Source of the DNA: Podarcis muralis
Lineage: Eukaryota
DNA: 64,000 nt
Direction: 5' to 3'
Assembly: GCF_964188315.1 (NCBI RefSeq)
Contig: NC_135673.1
Coordinates: 8,308,001 to 8,372,000, forward strand
The translations under genes were made by a program, and so were the position numbers. Positions 62,410 through 64,000 of this stretch are shown here, one piece after another. Within the stretch, counting starts at the first letter, position 1. Each line of letters opens with the position of its first letter. The notes beneath the pieces are model-generated. The model made no database searches. It saw only the letters and a program-made list of their open reading frames with translations, and was not told the origin of the DNA.

Positions 62410-64000
62410 CTGCTGGGGTCCCTCCATAATAAGTACAGGAACTCTTGCATCAAAGTACTTCTAGCCACTGTTCTGTCTCCCTCTGCCTCCAAGTGAAGTT
62501 GCCCTCATCCCAATATATAAGCACCAGGAGGACCATTCAAACAAGGGCCCGGAAGGATGCTGGGATGTGACTCAGGGAGATGATTGTTCCCTTATTATAT
62601 TCCCTTGATTGCCTCTAACGTGGGCAAGGAATCTTCCATCCTGAGCCAAATCATACAAGACATGTTGCTTCACCCCTTCTGCTGTTAAATGACACTAAGT
62701 CCCTTTGTATTCCTTTAGCATCAGGCAGCTTGAATAACCCAGGCTTGGCCTTCTGAATTGGCCTCTGTGATTCTTAAGTTGATGTCCCCCAGGAACAACC
62801 CATGGAAGCAAAGACGTGGGCAATTTGATAGCATTCCTCCAAAGCAAAACCTGAGTGGGCTTTTAGGAGCTGCAGCCGATGTCAGTCACACTCTGGGAAA
62901 TAAGGAGCATGAATAACTTAGGTACATTGATTTTAGTGGGTCTACTCTTAGCAGAGCTTAGTTGGATTTGTTTTGTGGGATTTGGGTCCTAGAAAAAGAA
63001 ATGGTAGGAATAGTTCCAAGGCCCTGATCCAGATTAAGTTAGATGGTCTCAAATCCCACTGTAACAACAGGGATTTAAGTTGCATTTCCTCCTTGAAGCT
63101 CAGGGTGACACACATTCCCTGCCCGCCAGTGTTGTCTTCACAACATCCCTGTGAGGTAGGGTAGACTTAGCTTCATAGCTGCAGCTTAGGATTTGAACCT
63201 GAGTCTCCCCCACCCTTTTTCTGGCATGCCAATCACTAGGACACACTGGGTCTCCTTCTGGTTAACTCCTTCTGCTCAAGGACCACAGGCAAACTGAAGT
63301 ATAGTTCCATTTGAGACAAAGACAGTCAAAGTTCTACTTGCTCTCATTAACATCAGTAAAACTGCTTCATACTCTTCACCTCCTCAGCAGCAGGAAGTTC
63401 CTGCTCCATTGTAAAGGGTTGGCTGATTCCTGGGACAAAGAAAACCACTGCATCTAGGCCCTGTGTTGTCAATACTGACCAACAGCCACTCCCTGAGGTT
63501 TCAGGTCCATCTCTTTAGGTAGTAAAGAAGGCAGATTCACCCCAGTCAGCATCCAGGAAAGCATTCCCATCTGGTATGATTTAGGGAGATAGGAAGCTGC
63601 CCTAAAGTGAAGCAGACCATTGGTCCATCTAGCATCCCAATTGCTTGGTAATAGCTGTCCAGACAGGACACATTCATTGTTCAGGGTTGAATCTGGGACC
63701 TTCTGCATGCAAGGCAGATGTTCTCCCCCTGAGCTATGGCTGAAGTAACAGTGAGGGATCACATTTAAATTCTTTATAGCATTCATATTCTCAATATGAA
63801 CAATATGAACCATATATAGAAATGGCGGCAGCAGAAGCTGGAGGCTTTGCTTAGAGTATAATAAATAGAGGAATTTCATTTTTGGAAGGAATGTTTATAG
63901 CCAGATATCTGTTGTCCATCCAAGAAGCTCTTAACTCAACACTGTATTTATTCTTTTCTTAATCTACCTGCTATGTCTGGCTACTGTCGCCTCATCTAGG

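Noticed and set aside
1-64000. Prokaryote-type systems (CRISPR arrays, operons, defence islands) and assignment to TNR, TNN or TNXB
   Set aside because: The DNA is intron-rich vertebrate sequence whose repeats are microsatellites and TEs. EGF count, the N-terminal motifs, RGD in FNIII-3 and the exon pattern all fit TNC.

Overview
Eukaryotic (vertebrate) genomic DNA from a squamate reptile, probably a lacertid lizard. The lineage is inferred from the Sauria/Squam1 SINEs, BovB and lizard-type L2/CR1/MITE families. The window holds the 5' half of the tenascin-C gene (TNC) on the + strand. It has a TATA promoter at ~11.35 kb, a non-coding exon 1, a ~31-kb first intron with one 608-N assembly gap, and nine coding exons (42711-59615; 3403 nt, phases consistent at every GT-AG junction). 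These encode the signal peptide, furin-like site, assembly/heptad domain, EGF-like array and FNIII domains 1-5; the gene runs off the right edge. Most other sequence is transposon-derived (L1, L2, CR1, BovB, several SINEs, hAT MITEs, LTR-like inserts), often nested, plus microsatellites. Nearly all other ORFs in the track are spurious. The most notable observations are: 16.5 EGF-like repeats (two more than human) with a 3-repeat periodicity; a 15-bp hairpin in the TNC 5' UTR that buries the only upstream AUG; a ~470-bp inverted rearrangement inside an L2; a three-level nested insertion ending in a young L1; and LTR-like inserts inside SINEs. I found no convincing wholly new gene system. All motif and family calls were made by eye, without database searches.
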